This document shows, piece after piece, positions 18,276 to 26,942 of a stretch of DNA of 64,000 nt. Origin of the DNA: Mycobacteriales bacterium (GTDB taxonomy: Bacteria; Actinomycetota; Actinomycetes; Mycobacteriales; Geodermatophilaceae). Within the stretch, counting starts at the first letter, position 1; every line of letters starts with the position of its first letter. The stretch spans positions 7,469 through 71,468 of the forward strand of contig JBBSKB010000002.1 of assembly GCA_038256725.1 (NCBI GenBank). The letters are read 5' to 3'. The translations under genes were made by a program, and so were the position numbers. Under the pieces are notes generated by a model. The model saw only the letters and a program-made list of their open reading frames with translations, did no database searches and was not told the origin of the DNA.

Positions 18276-19367
18276 CTGAGCACCGACCGAGCCCCGTTCG
18301 CCGGCACCCTGCTGGGCGACACCCTCGCGGCCGTGGTCCCCCGCGACGCGGGAGCCGAGGCGGCCGCGCGCGAGCGGCTGGACCGGATGACCAAGCCGCC
18401 GGGCTCGCTCGGCGTGCTCGAGGACGTCGCCGCCCAGCTCGCCGGCATCGCCGGCGCCTGCCCCGCGCCGCTGCCCGAGCCCGCGACCGTGGCGGTCTTC
18501 GCCGGGGACCACGGGGTGCACGCCCAGGGCGTGACGCCGTGGCCGCAGGAGGTCACCGCGCAGATGGTGGCCAACTTCGTCGCCGGCGGAGCCGTGGTGA
18601 ACGCGTTCGCCGCGGGCCTCGGGGCGCGGGTCGTCGTCGTGGACGTCGGTGTCGCGGCCACGCTGGAGGCAGCGCCGTCGCTGCTGGACCGCAAGGTGCG
18701 GCGCGGTACCGCCGACCTCGCCGTCGGTCCGGCGATGACCCTCGACGAGGCGCGCCGGGCGGTCGAGGCCGGTATCGAGGTGGCGACGGCACTGGCCGCC
18801 GACGGCGGCTGCCTGATCACCGGGGACATGGGGATCGCCAACACCACGGCCTCGGCGGCTCTGGTCTGCGCTTTCACCGGCGCCACCCCGGCATCGGCGA
18901 CCGGGCGCGGCACGGGCATCGACGACCCGACGCTGGCCCGCAAGGTCGAGGTGGTGAGCCGCGCGGTGGCCCGCGTCCCGTCACGGCCGACGACCCCCGA
19001 GGCAGCGCTGGGGGTGCTCGCCGAGGTCGGCGGCCTGGAGCACGCCGGCCTCGCCGGGTTCGTGCTCGGTGCGGCCGCCGCCCGGGTGCCGGTGCTCCTG
19101 GACGGCGCGATCGCCGGCTCCGCGGCGCTGGTGGCCGCGGTGCTGTGCCCGACCGCCATGGAGTACGCGCTCGCGGGGCACACCTCGGTCGAGCCCGGGC
19201 ACGCGGTCGCGCTGGACGCCCTCGGGCTGCGCCCGCTGCTGGGCCTGGACCTGCGGCTCGGGGAGGGCACCGGCGCGTTGCTCGCCCTGCCGCTGGTGCA
19301 GAGCGCCGCCCGCGCGCTGCGCGACGTCGCGACGTTCGACTCCGCCGGCGTGACCGAGAAGAACTGA
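18276..19367 (+). CDS. cobT: Nicotinate-nucleotide--dimethylbenzimidazole phosphoribosyltransferase
   Basis: TKPPGSLGVLE, FAGDHGV, GDMGIANTT, LRLGEGTG; start either CTG 18276 or TTG 18243. Confidence 0.95.
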   Translation: MSTDRAPFAGTLLGDTLAAVVPRDAGAEAAARERLDRMTKPPGSLGVLEDVAAQLAGIAGACPAPLPEPATVAVFAGDHGVHAQGVTPWPQEVTAQMVANFVAGGAVVNAFAAGLGARVVVVDVGVAATLEAAPSLLDRKVRRGTADLAVGPAMTLDEARRAVEAGIEVATALAADGGCLITGDMGIANTTASAALVCAFTGATPASATGRGTGIDDPTLARKVEVVSRAVARVPSRPTTPEAALGVLAEVGGLEHAGLAGFVLGAAAARVPVLLDGAIAGSAALVAAVLCPTAMEYALAGHTSVEPGHAVALDALGLRPLLGLDLRLGEGTGALLALPLVQSAARALRDVATFDSAGVTEKN

Positions 19368-20620
19368 TGGCCTCCCCCGTCCACCCGGCGACCGGCGTCG
19401 TGTATCCCGTCGGCCTGCGCCTGCTGGACCGGCGGGTGGTGGTCGTGGGCGGCGGGCAGGTCGCGCACCGCCGGGTGGCCGGACTGCTGGAGGCGCGGGC
19501 GCAGGTCACGCTGGTCAGCCCCGAGGTGACCCCCGCCCTCGAGGCGCTCGTCGCGCCGGGCTCGCTCACCTGGGTGCAGCGGGGCTACGAGGCCGGCGAC
19601 CTCGACGGCGCCTGGTACGCCGTGGCGGCGACCGACGACCCCGCCGTCAACGCCGCCGTCGCGGCCGAGGCCGAGGCCGGCCGGATTTTCTGCGCGCGCG
19701 CCGACGACCGCGCGACGTCCAGCGTCTGGACGCCGGCCACCGGACGGCACGGCGACCTGGTCGTCGGCGTCCACGGCGGTGGCGACCCGCAGCGGGCGAT
19801 CGGCGTGCGCGACGCGGTGCTCGCCGGGCTGACCGACGGCACGGTGGCGGACCGCACCTCGCGGGCGGTCGCGGCGGGGCGGGCCGGGAGCGTCGTGCTG
19901 GTGGGTGGCGGGCCGGGCGATCCCGCGCTGATCACCGTGCGGGGACGGCAGGCGGTGGCGCAGGCCGACGTCGTCGTCGCCGACCACCTCGCCCCGCTGT
20001 CGCTGCTGGGGTCGCTGCCCCCGCACGTCGAGGTCATCGACGCCTCGAAGCTGCCGCGCGGGCGCTCGATGGCGCAGGAGCAGATCAACGAACTGCTGGT
20101 GGAGCGGGCGCTGGCCGGCAAGCGGGTGGTCCGGCTCAAGGGCGGCGATCCGTTCGTGTTCGGCCGCGGCATGGAGGAGGTCGAGGCCTGCGTGGCAGCG
20201 GGGGTGCCTGTCGAGGTGGTTCCCGGCGTCACCAGCGCCATCGCCGTGCCCGCCCTGGCCGGGATACCGGTCACCCACCGGGGGCTGACGCACGAGTTCG
20301 TCGTCGTCTCCGGTCACCTGCCGCCCGGCCATCCCAGCTCGCTGGTCGACTGGTCGGCGATCGCCCGGCTGCGCGGCACCGTGGTCGTGCTCATGGGGGT
20401 GGACACCGCGCCGGCCATCGCCGCGGCACTCGTCGAGCACGGCCGGGACCCCGCGACGCCGGTGGCCGTGGTCAGCGACGGCTCACTGCCCACGCAGCGC
20501 ACCGTGCGCATGACGCTGGCCGAGCTGCCCCAGATCCTCGCGACGTCGGACATCCGGCCGCCGTCGGTGTGGGTCGTGGGGCCGGTCGTCTCGCTGGCAC
20601 CGGACGTCGCTCCTCACTGA
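19367..20620 (+). CDS. cobA: Uroporphyrinogen-III C-methyltransferase with N-terminal precorrin-2 dehydrogenase domain (CysG-type)
   Basis: VVGGGQVA, LVGGGPGDP, RLKGGDPFVFGRG; TGATG overlap with cobT. Confidence 0.92.
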   Translation: MASPVHPATGVVYPVGLRLLDRRVVVVGGGQVAHRRVAGLLEARAQVTLVSPEVTPALEALVAPGSLTWVQRGYEAGDLDGAWYAVAATDDPAVNAAVAAEAEAGRIFCARADDRATSSVWTPATGRHGDLVVGVHGGGDPQRAIGVRDAVLAGLTDGTVADRTSRAVAAGRAGSVVLVGGGPGDPALITVRGRQAVAQADVVVADHLAPLSLLGSLPPHVEVIDASKLPRGRSMAQEQINELLVERALAGKRVVRLKGGDPFVFGRGMEEVEACVAAGVPVEVVPGVTSAIAVPALAGIPVTHRGLTHEFVVVSGHLPPGHPSSLVDWSAIARLRGTVVVLMGVDTAPAIAAALVEHGRDPATPVAVVSDGSLPTQRTVRMTLAELPQILATSDIRPPSVWVVGPVVSLAPDVAPH

Positions 20621-20648
20621 CCTGCAGCGTCACCGGTCCGGCGCCGCA

Positions 20649-22124
20649 TCAGAACGGTGGTGGGTCGTCGTCGGCCGGACCCGGTCGCGGTGGGGGTAGT
20701 GCGCGTTGTTCGTGGAGGCCGGGCGGTCGGGTGCTGCGGGTGATGCCGGACGGGGTGGTGACGTGCAGGGTGCCGTCGGGGTCCATGCTGAAGTGCCAGC
20801 CGCGGGCGAAGGTCTTGCGGCGGTGGTGGCTGCGGCACAGGCAGCAGAGGTTGTCGCAGTTGGTGCGTCCGCCGCAGTCGTAGGGGGTGACGTGGTCGGC
20901 GTCGGTGCGTCCGGCGGGTTGGCCGCAGCCGGGGTGGCGGCAGGTGCGGTCCCGTAGGCGGAGGAAGCGTTCCTGCGCGGCGGTGTGGGCGTAGCTGGGG
21001 ACTTCGGGTGGTGGGCCGAGCACGGCGCAGTCGCAGTCGGCGTCCGGGCTGTGGTCGGTGCAGCCGCTGGCGGCGAAACGGGCCAGTTCGGCGGGGGTCA
21101 CGGTGGCCAGCAGCGCGCCGTCGTCGTCGGTGAGGGCCAGCGCGAGGCTGCCACCGGCGGGTGCCTGCACGCCGAGCGCACTCAGCTGCCCGAGGAGTTC
21201 GCGGACGTGGGCGGCGGTGATCGGGGTGCCCTGCACCTCCGGCGTGGCGCCGCCATCCGGCCTCGGTCGCGGACCGAGGGCCGAGAGTGGCGCGGTGATC
21301 GTGACGTGGCCGGTGAACGCGGGGCGGGTGTCGTCCCCCGGGCGCAGCACGAGAGCGGCGTGGGCCTCGGCGCGGAGCACTCCGATGGGGCGGTCGTCCC
21401 CGGCGGTGCGGGCGAGCTGGGCGGCGTGGTCGATCACCGACCACATCGCCGCGGTCACCGCCGAGGGCGCCTCGGTGGTCAGCGCCGACATGCCGTCCGC
21501 GGTCGGATACAGCCGCACCGCGGCGCGGCGTTCGGCCTCGATCCGGCGCCGCTCGGCGAACTCCTCGTCCGCTGCGACCGCGGCGGCGATCAGCCGCTTC
21601 CGCAGCTTCCCCGACGACCAGCCCGCCGCGGCCGGCAGGACCTTCGGCACCACCACCGCCACGACCTCGTCAGATGCAGCGCCGAGGACGTCGGCGAAGA
21701 TCCGCGCCCGGTAACCGTCCAGCCGCCCGGCGGTCCGCTCGGCGTGCACCGCCGGCATCCGCTCCACCAGCTGGAAGGCGTCGAACAGCTGCTCGGCAGC
21801 GAACGGGCGCCCGCAGTTGAGCACCACCGCCACCTCGTCGGGCAGGAACTCCGACGTCCCCGGCACCGGCGACCCCGATCCGCGTCGCCGCGCACCCGGG
21901 TGCCCGGCAGGCGGGTCGTCGGTGTCCGGCCGCTCCGCGGCCAGTGCCATCAGCAACTCGGCCTCGTAGGCCTCGTCCATCGCCTTGCGTGACTGCACCC
22001 GCTGCAGCTCGAGGGCCTTCTCCTCCGCAGTCAGCAACTCGATCGGGAAACGGCCGACCGACGGCGGCTGGTGCAGCCACCACTCGACCAACCCGGCCTC
22101 GGGCTGCTCCTCGGTCACCGTCAT
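20649..22124 (-). CDS. DUF222/HNH endonuclease (13E12-repeat family)
   Basis: RDRTCRHPGC, DADHVTPY, NLCCLCRSHHRRKT, C-terminal DDPPPF. Confidence 0.9.
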   Translation of the reverse strand: MTVTEEQPEAGLVEWWLHQPPSVGRFPIELLTAEEKALELQRVQSRKAMDEAYEAELLMALAAERPDTDDPPAGHPGARRRGSGSPVPGTSEFLPDEVAVVLNCGRPFAAEQLFDAFQLVERMPAVHAERTAGRLDGYRARIFADVLGAASDEVVAVVVPKVLPAAAGWSSGKLRKRLIAAAVAADEEFAERRRIEAERRAAVRLYPTADGMSALTTEAPSAVTAAMWSVIDHAAQLARTAGDDRPIGVLRAEAHAALVLRPGDDTRPAFTGHVTITAPLSALGPRPRPDGGATPEVQGTPITAAHVRELLGQLSALGVQAPAGGSLALALTDDDGALLATVTPAELARFAASGCTDHSPDADCDCAVLGPPPEVPSYAHTAAQERFLRLRDRTCRHPGCGQPAGRTDADHVTPYDCGGRTNCDNLCCLCRSHHRRKTFARGWHFSMDPDGTLHVTTPSGITRSTRPPGLHEQRALPPPRPGPADDDPPPF

Positions 22125-22127
22125 GCA

Positions 22128-22152
22128 TCGAACGTACGTTCGGGGTACGACA
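22128..22152 (-). promoter_or_regulatory. LexA (SOS) box overlapping a PafBC-type leaderless promoter
   Basis: TCGAAC-GTAC-GTTCGG at 22128-22143; minus strand TGTCGT-N10-TACGTT, 6 nt before ATG. Confidence 0.75.
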
Positions 22153-22251
22153 GTTTCCGGCGTCCGGCGGTTGCCCGGTCGTGCAGCGAGGCCCCGACTG
22201 CCCGATTCCCGGCACTGGACGGCGCACGGGCGGGAGCGGCAGGCTGCCGGT

Positions 22252-22419
22252 ATGGCCGACCCCCGCTACGCGATCCCGTTTGACGAGTTCGTCACCGGCG
22301 CGCAGGTCGCCCGTGAGGACCAGGTCGAGGTGCAGACCGACGCCGTCCTGCCGCCCCCGGCGCACGGAGACCCGCTGCGCCACGGCGACGGGATGTCCGG
22401 CGACGCCGACGGCGACTGA
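22252..22419 (+). CDS. Small acidic hypothetical protein (55 aa)
   Basis: MADPRYAIPFDEF...GDADGD; GC3-rich codons. Confidence 0.55.
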   Translation: MADPRYAIPFDEFVTGAQVAREDQVEVQTDAVLPPPAHGDPLRHGDGMSGDADGD

Positions 22420-22423
22420 CCGC

Positions 22424-22594
22424 TCACCAGCGGCGGGGCAGTTCCTTCCGGCCGCGCTTGCTCCAGCCCAGGGCGAGAGTGGCTCCGGCGAGCAGGAGAC
22501 CGAGCACGGTGAGCCAGAACAGCCCCTTGATGACGGCGCCCAGGACGCTGAGCGCCAGCCAGATGACCACCAGCCAGCCGAGCAGACGCAGCAC
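22424..22594 (-). CDS. Small two-TM membrane protein
   Basis: GGAGGAG RBS; LGAVIKGLFWL. Confidence 0.7.
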   Translation of the reverse strand: MLRLLGWLVVIWLALSVLGAVIKGLFWLTVLGLLLAGATLALGWSKRGRKELPRRW

Positions 22595-22686
22595 GGGAAC
22601 TCCTCCGGTCGGGTGCAGGGGCACCGTCCAGCCTAGGTGCCGCATCGCACAGGTCGATGGCTCGGTGCACGGGTAGGGGAGACGTC

Positions 22687-23982
22687 ATGCGCACCGACGA
22701 GGTCCAGGGCGCCACGGAGCTGGCCCGGCTGACCCTGCGGGGCACCACCCGCCGCGTCCGCGAGGTGCACCAGGGCATCGCCGACCGCGTGTTCGGGGTG
22801 GTGGGCCCCGTCGGCCGCCCGGTGCAGCTGTGGCACGACGCCGTCGCCGGGCTGAGCTACGCCGGAGTGGGGCTGGCGCTCGGGCTGGGCGCGCGGGCGG
22901 TGGGCCGCGCCGCCGCGCAGCGGGCCAGCGGCCGGAACCTGGACGAGGAGCGGCGCGGACGGGCGGTCCTCGGCTTCCTCAACGGAGCGCACGGCGACCT
23001 CGTGGAGCGGGCCGCCCCCGGGCTGGACGTCGGCACGACCGTGCGCGTAGCCGGTCGGGTGGTGCCTCTGGGCGCAGGCGCGCTGCGCACGGCGTTCCCC
23101 GGGGCGACCGGTCGGATCGCGGTCTTCCTGCACGGGCTCACCGAGACCGAGGACTCCTGGGCCTACGGCGCGGAGAAGCACTTCGGTCGCCCGGACGTCA
23201 CCTACGGGTCGCTCCTGCAGGCCGACCTCGGGCTGACCCCGGTGCACGTGCGCTACAACACCGGCCGGCACATCTCGGACAACGGCCGCGCCCTCGCCGC
23301 GCTGCTCGCCGAGCTGGTCGCGGTGTGGCCGGAGGAGGTGCAGGACCTGGTCCTGATCGGCCACTCCATGGGCGGGTTGGTCGCGCGCAGCGCCCTGCAC
23401 CAGGCCAGCGACGGCACCGCGGAGGCCCGACCCTGGACCCTCCTGGTGCGCGACACCGTCACACTCGGCTCGCCGCACCTCGGCGCCCCGCTGGAACGCG
23501 GGGTGCACGAGCTCGCCGTGCGCCTGGCCCGGCTGCCGGAGACCCGTCCGCTGGCCCGCGTCCTGTCGTTGCGCAGCGTGGGCATCAAGGACCTCCGCCA
23601 CGGCACCCTCGTCGAGGACGACTGGGCCGGCCGCGACCTCGACGGCCCGGACCCGGGTCTGCGCACCGTCGTCCCGTTGCAGGACGGCGCCCGTCACTTC
23701 GTCGTCCTCGCGACGCTGAGCCCCTTTCCGGACGGTCGGCTGGCCGACCTGTTCGGTGACCTGATGGTGTCCCCTCGCAGCGCCCTCGGGGACACCGGCG
23801 CCGACGATCGGCTCGGGTTCCCGACCGACCACGTGCAGCGCGTGGGCGGGCTGCACCACTTCGACCTGCTGGACCACCCGCGGGTGTACGCGCACATCCG
23901 GCGCTGGCTGACCGACCGTCCGGAGGGTCCGCGGCCGTCCGCGCCCCGCATCGGCCCGGGCGGCGTGCTGGTCACCTCATGA
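22687..23982 (+). CDS. Alpha/beta hydrolase (lipase/PGAP1-like)
   Basis: FLHGL, GHSMGGLVAR, LGSPHLGAPLE. Confidence 0.88.
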   Translation: MRTDEVQGATELARLTLRGTTRRVREVHQGIADRVFGVVGPVGRPVQLWHDAVAGLSYAGVGLALGLGARAVGRAAAQRASGRNLDEERRGRAVLGFLNGAHGDLVERAAPGLDVGTTVRVAGRVVPLGAGALRTAFPGATGRIAVFLHGLTETEDSWAYGAEKHFGRPDVTYGSLLQADLGLTPVHVRYNTGRHISDNGRALAALLAELVAVWPEEVQDLVLIGHSMGGLVARSALHQASDGTAEARPWTLLVRDTVTLGSPHLGAPLERGVHELAVRLARLPETRPLARVLSLRSVGIKDLRHGTLVEDDWAGRDLDGPDPGLRTVVPLQDGARHFVVLATLSPFPDGRLADLFGDLMVSPRSALGDTGADDRLGFPTDHVQRVGGLHHFDLLDHPRVYAHIRRWLTDRPEGPRPSAPRIGPGGVLVTS

Positions 23983-24515
23983 GCACCGACCAGTGGCTGG
24001 TCGAGCACGGCGCCGGCGCCACCCCGGAGGAGGCGCTGGCCCTGTTCGACTCCCTCGACGCCGTCCCGACCGGCGACATGCTCGGCCGGTGGCGGGGGAG
24101 CGGGCTGCCCACCGGATCGCCGCTGGACGGCCTGCTCGAGGCGTACGGCTGGTACGGCAAGGAGTTCCTCGACGCCGAGACCGTGCACCCGCTGCTGTTC
24201 CAGACCAGCGCCGGCCCGCGGCCGGTCGACCCGGCCCTCGTGCCGATGGCCGTGCTGCGCGACCGGCCTGCGCTCGCGCACTCCCGGGCGGCGCGGGTGG
24301 CGTTCCGGCTCGCCCGCCCCCTGGTGACGACGGCGAAACCGCGGGCCCGGCTGCGGAGCGTCGAGCACCGGGGCGTGCACACCGCGGCGATGGTCTACGA
24401 CGCGTTGCCGATCATCGACGTCTTCCGCCGGGTCTCCGACGACGTCCGGCTCGGGCTGATGGACCTGCGCGGACTGGACGGCCCGTTCTTCTTCGTGCTC
24501 AGGCGCGAGCGCTGA
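23979..24515 (+). CDS. GXWXG/DUF4334 protein
   Basis: MLGRWRG, WYGKEF, MVYDALPIIDVFRRV. Confidence 0.85.
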   Translation: MSTDQWLVEHGAGATPEEALALFDSLDAVPTGDMLGRWRGSGLPTGSPLDGLLEAYGWYGKEFLDAETVHPLLFQTSAGPRPVDPALVPMAVLRDRPALAHSRAARVAFRLARPLVTTAKPRARLRSVEHRGVHTAAMVYDALPIIDVFRRVSDDVRLGLMDLRGLDGPFFFVLRRER

Positions 24516-24906
24516 CCCCGAGCTCGCCGAGCAGCCCGCGGATGCGCTGCTCGATCTCGTCGCGGATCGGCCGGACGGCCTCGACACCCTGACCGGCCGG
24601 GTCCTCGAGCTGCCAGTCGAGGTAGCGCTTTCCGGGGAAGACCGGGCAGGCGTCGCCGCAGCCCATGGTGATGACGACGTCGGAGGCCTCGACGGCGTCG
24701 GTCGTGAGCACCGCGGGCTGTTGGTCGGCGATGTCGATGCCGACCTCGGCCATGGCCTCGACGGCCGCGGGGTTCACCCGGTCGCCGGGCAGCGAGCCGG
24801 CCGACCGGACTTCGACGGCGTCCCCGGCCAGGTGTCGCAGCCAGCCCGCGGCCATCTGCGAGCGGCCGGCGTTGTGCACGCAGACGAACAGCACCGACGC
24901 GGTCAT
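24499..24906 (-). CDS. arsC: Arsenate reductase (LMW-PTPase fold)
   Basis: CVHNAGRSQMA, TMGCGDACP. Confidence 0.93.
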   Translation of the reverse strand: MTASVLFVCVHNAGRSQMAAGWLRHLAGDAVEVRSAGSLPGDRVNPAAVEAMAEVGIDIADQQPAVLTTDAVEASDVVITMGCGDACPVFPGKRYLDWQLEDPAGQGVEAVRPIRDEIEQRIRGLLGELGVSARA

Positions 24907-26027
24907 CGGGGGCTCCGAACCAGGTCGGGAGCGGTCGGGTCGCCGGGGAACCACCGGCGGGCGGCCCACAGGGACACGTAGACCAGCCCGACCAGGACCG
25001 GCACCTCGATCAGCGGCCCGACGACACCGGCCAGCGCCTGCCCGCTGGTGACGCCGAAGGTGCCGATGGCGACGGCGATGGCGAGCTCGAAGTTGTTGCC
25101 GGCGGCGGTGAACGCCAGGGTTGCGGTCTTCGCGTAGCCGAGCCCGAGCCGCATGCCGAGGGCGAACGAGCCGCCGAACATCAGCGCGAAGTAGGCCAGC
25201 AGCGGCAGCGCGATGCGGGCGACATCCCAGGGATTCGAGGTGATGGCATCGCCCTGCAGCGCGAAGAGCATGACGATGGTGAACAGCAGGCCGTAGAGGG
25301 CGACCGGCCCGATGCGCGGCAGGAACCGCTCCTCGTACCAGGCGCGGCCGCGGCGGCGCTCGCCGATCGTGCGGGTCAGGAACCCGGCCACCAGCGGGAT
25401 GCCGAGGAAGACCAGGACGCTGAGCAGGATCGCCCAGACGCTGAACTCCGCCGACGTCGTCGACAGGCCCAGCCAGCCCGGGAGCACCTGAAGGTAGAAC
25501 CAGCCGAGAGCGGCGAAGGCGGCGATCTGGAAGACCGAGTTGATCGCGACCAGCACCGCGGCGGCCTCGCGGTCGCCGCAGGACAGGTCGTTCCAGATCA
25601 GCACCATCGCGATGCAGCGGGCCAGGCCCACGATGACCAGGCCGGTGCGGTACTCGGGCAGGTCGGGCAGCAGCAGCCAGGCCAGCGCGAACATCAGCGC
25701 CGGCCCGACGACCCAGTTGAGCACCAGGCTCGCGGCCAGCAGCGCCCGGTCGCCGGTGACCCGGTCCAGTTCGGAGTACCGGACCTTGGCCAGCACGGGG
25801 TACATCATCAGCAGCAGCCCGACGGCGATCGGCAGGCTGACGTCGCCCACCTCGACGGCGGACAGGGCGTCGTCCAGACCCGGGACCCAGCGGCCCAGCG
25901 CCAGGCCGAGGGCCATCGCGACGACGATCCAGACCGGCAGGAACCGGTCGAGAGTCGACAGCTTCTGCAGGACCGGCGCGTCGGCGGGTACGTCGGGCCG
26001 GGCGGTCTCGCGGACGGCGTCGCTCAT
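24903..26027 (-). CDS. acr3: ACR3-family arsenite efflux pump
   Basis: MMYPVLAKV, LARCIAMV, GNNFELAIA, GPLIEVP. Confidence 0.95.
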   Translation of the reverse strand: MSDAVRETARPDVPADAPVLQKLSTLDRFLPVWIVVAMALGLALGRWVPGLDDALSAVEVGDVSLPIAVGLLLMMYPVLAKVRYSELDRVTGDRALLAASLVLNWVVGPALMFALAWLLLPDLPEYRTGLVIVGLARCIAMVLIWNDLSCGDREAAAVLVAINSVFQIAAFAALGWFYLQVLPGWLGLSTTSAEFSVWAILLSVLVFLGIPLVAGFLTRTIGERRRGRAWYEERFLPRIGPVALYGLLFTIVMLFALQGDAITSNPWDVARIALPLLAYFALMFGGSFALGMRLGLGYAKTATLAFTAAGNNFELAIAVAIGTFGVTSGQALAGVVGPLIEVPVLVGLVYVSLWAARRWFPGDPTAPDLVRSPR

Positions 26028-26368
26028 GCCGGTGCCAGCGCCGGCGCCCGGAACAGGTCGGCCACCGCCGCCAGCGCCTCGGGCCGGACCGCGTAGTAGA
26101 CCCACACGCCGCGCTTCTCGCGGTCGAGCAGGCCGGCGGAGTGCAGCACCTTGAGGTGGTGGCTGATCGTCGCCTGGGTGAGGTCGAAGGCGTCGTTGAG
26201 GTCGCAGACGCAGGCCTCGCCGGTCGTGCTGGAGGCGATCAGGCTGAGCAGCCGGAGGCGCACCGGATCGGCGAGCGCCTTGAGCAGCGGGGCCACCTGC
26301 TCGGCCTGGTCGGTGGACATCGCGGTGCCGGAGAGCGGCGTGCAGCACGCCAGGCCGGGGTCGCTCAT
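26024..26368 (-). CDS. arsR: ArsR-family repressor
   Basis: ACC N-terminal Cys pair, LKALADPVRL, EACVCDL, SHHLKVL; alternative start 26392. Confidence 0.92.
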   Translation of the reverse strand: MSDPGLACCTPLSGTAMSTDQAEQVAPLLKALADPVRLRLLSLIASSTTGEACVCDLNDAFDLTQATISHHLKVLHSAGLLDREKRGVWVYYAVRPEALAAVADLFRAPALAPA

Positions 26369-26420
26369 CGTCGTCTCCTGCGTCGTGGACATCGCTGGCC
26401 ATCGTAACGACATCGATCGT

Positions 26421-26478
26421 ATTGACAAGCGTCTATGTCTAGGTGTCCACTCGTCGACACATCGACGCCCGTCGATGT
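26421..26478. promoter_or_regulatory. Two ArsR-type operator palindromes in the divergent promoter
   Basis: ATTGAC-N4-GTCTAT (26421-26436) and ACATCGACG-CC-CGTCGATGT (26459-26478). Confidence 0.7.
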
Positions 26479-26497
26479 CCGTTCCCAGGAGGCTCCC

Positions 26498-26917
26498 GTG
26501 CCCCGTATCCAGCTCGCCCTCCGCGTCGCCGACCTCGAGGCCGCCGTCGGCTTCTACTCGCGGCTGTTCGACACCCAGCCGGCCAAGCGCCGTCCCGGGT
26601 ACGCCAACTTCGCCATCGCCGAGCCGCCGCTGAAGCTCGTGCTGCTCGAGGGCACGGCGGGCGAGCCCACCCGCATGGACCACCTCGGCGTGGAGGTCGC
26701 CTCGACCGACGAGGTCACCGCGGCGACGACCCGGCTGGCCGACGCCGGCCTCGCGACCCGGCCGGAGGAGAACACCACCTGCTGCTACGCCGTCCAGGAC
26801 AAGGTGTGGGTCACCGGCCCCGGAGGCGAGCCGTGGGAGGTCTACACCGTCACCGGTGACGCGCGCCCCGACCTCGAGGGCAAGACCGCCGCGGAGCCCG
26901 CACCGGCCTGCTGCTGA
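26498..26917 (+). CDS. arsI: ArsI/CadI-family metalloenzyme (C-As lyase-like)
   Basis: YANFAIAEPPLKLVL, DHLGVEV, TTCCYAVQDKVW, C-terminal CC. Confidence 0.88.
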   Translation: MPRIQLALRVADLEAAVGFYSRLFDTQPAKRRPGYANFAIAEPPLKLVLLEGTAGEPTRMDHLGVEVASTDEVTAATTRLADAGLATRPEENTTCCYAVQDKVWVTGPGGEPWEVYTVTGDARPDLEGKTAAEPAPACC

Positions 26918-26942
26918 GGGCACTCTCTGGCAGGGTCGGCGC

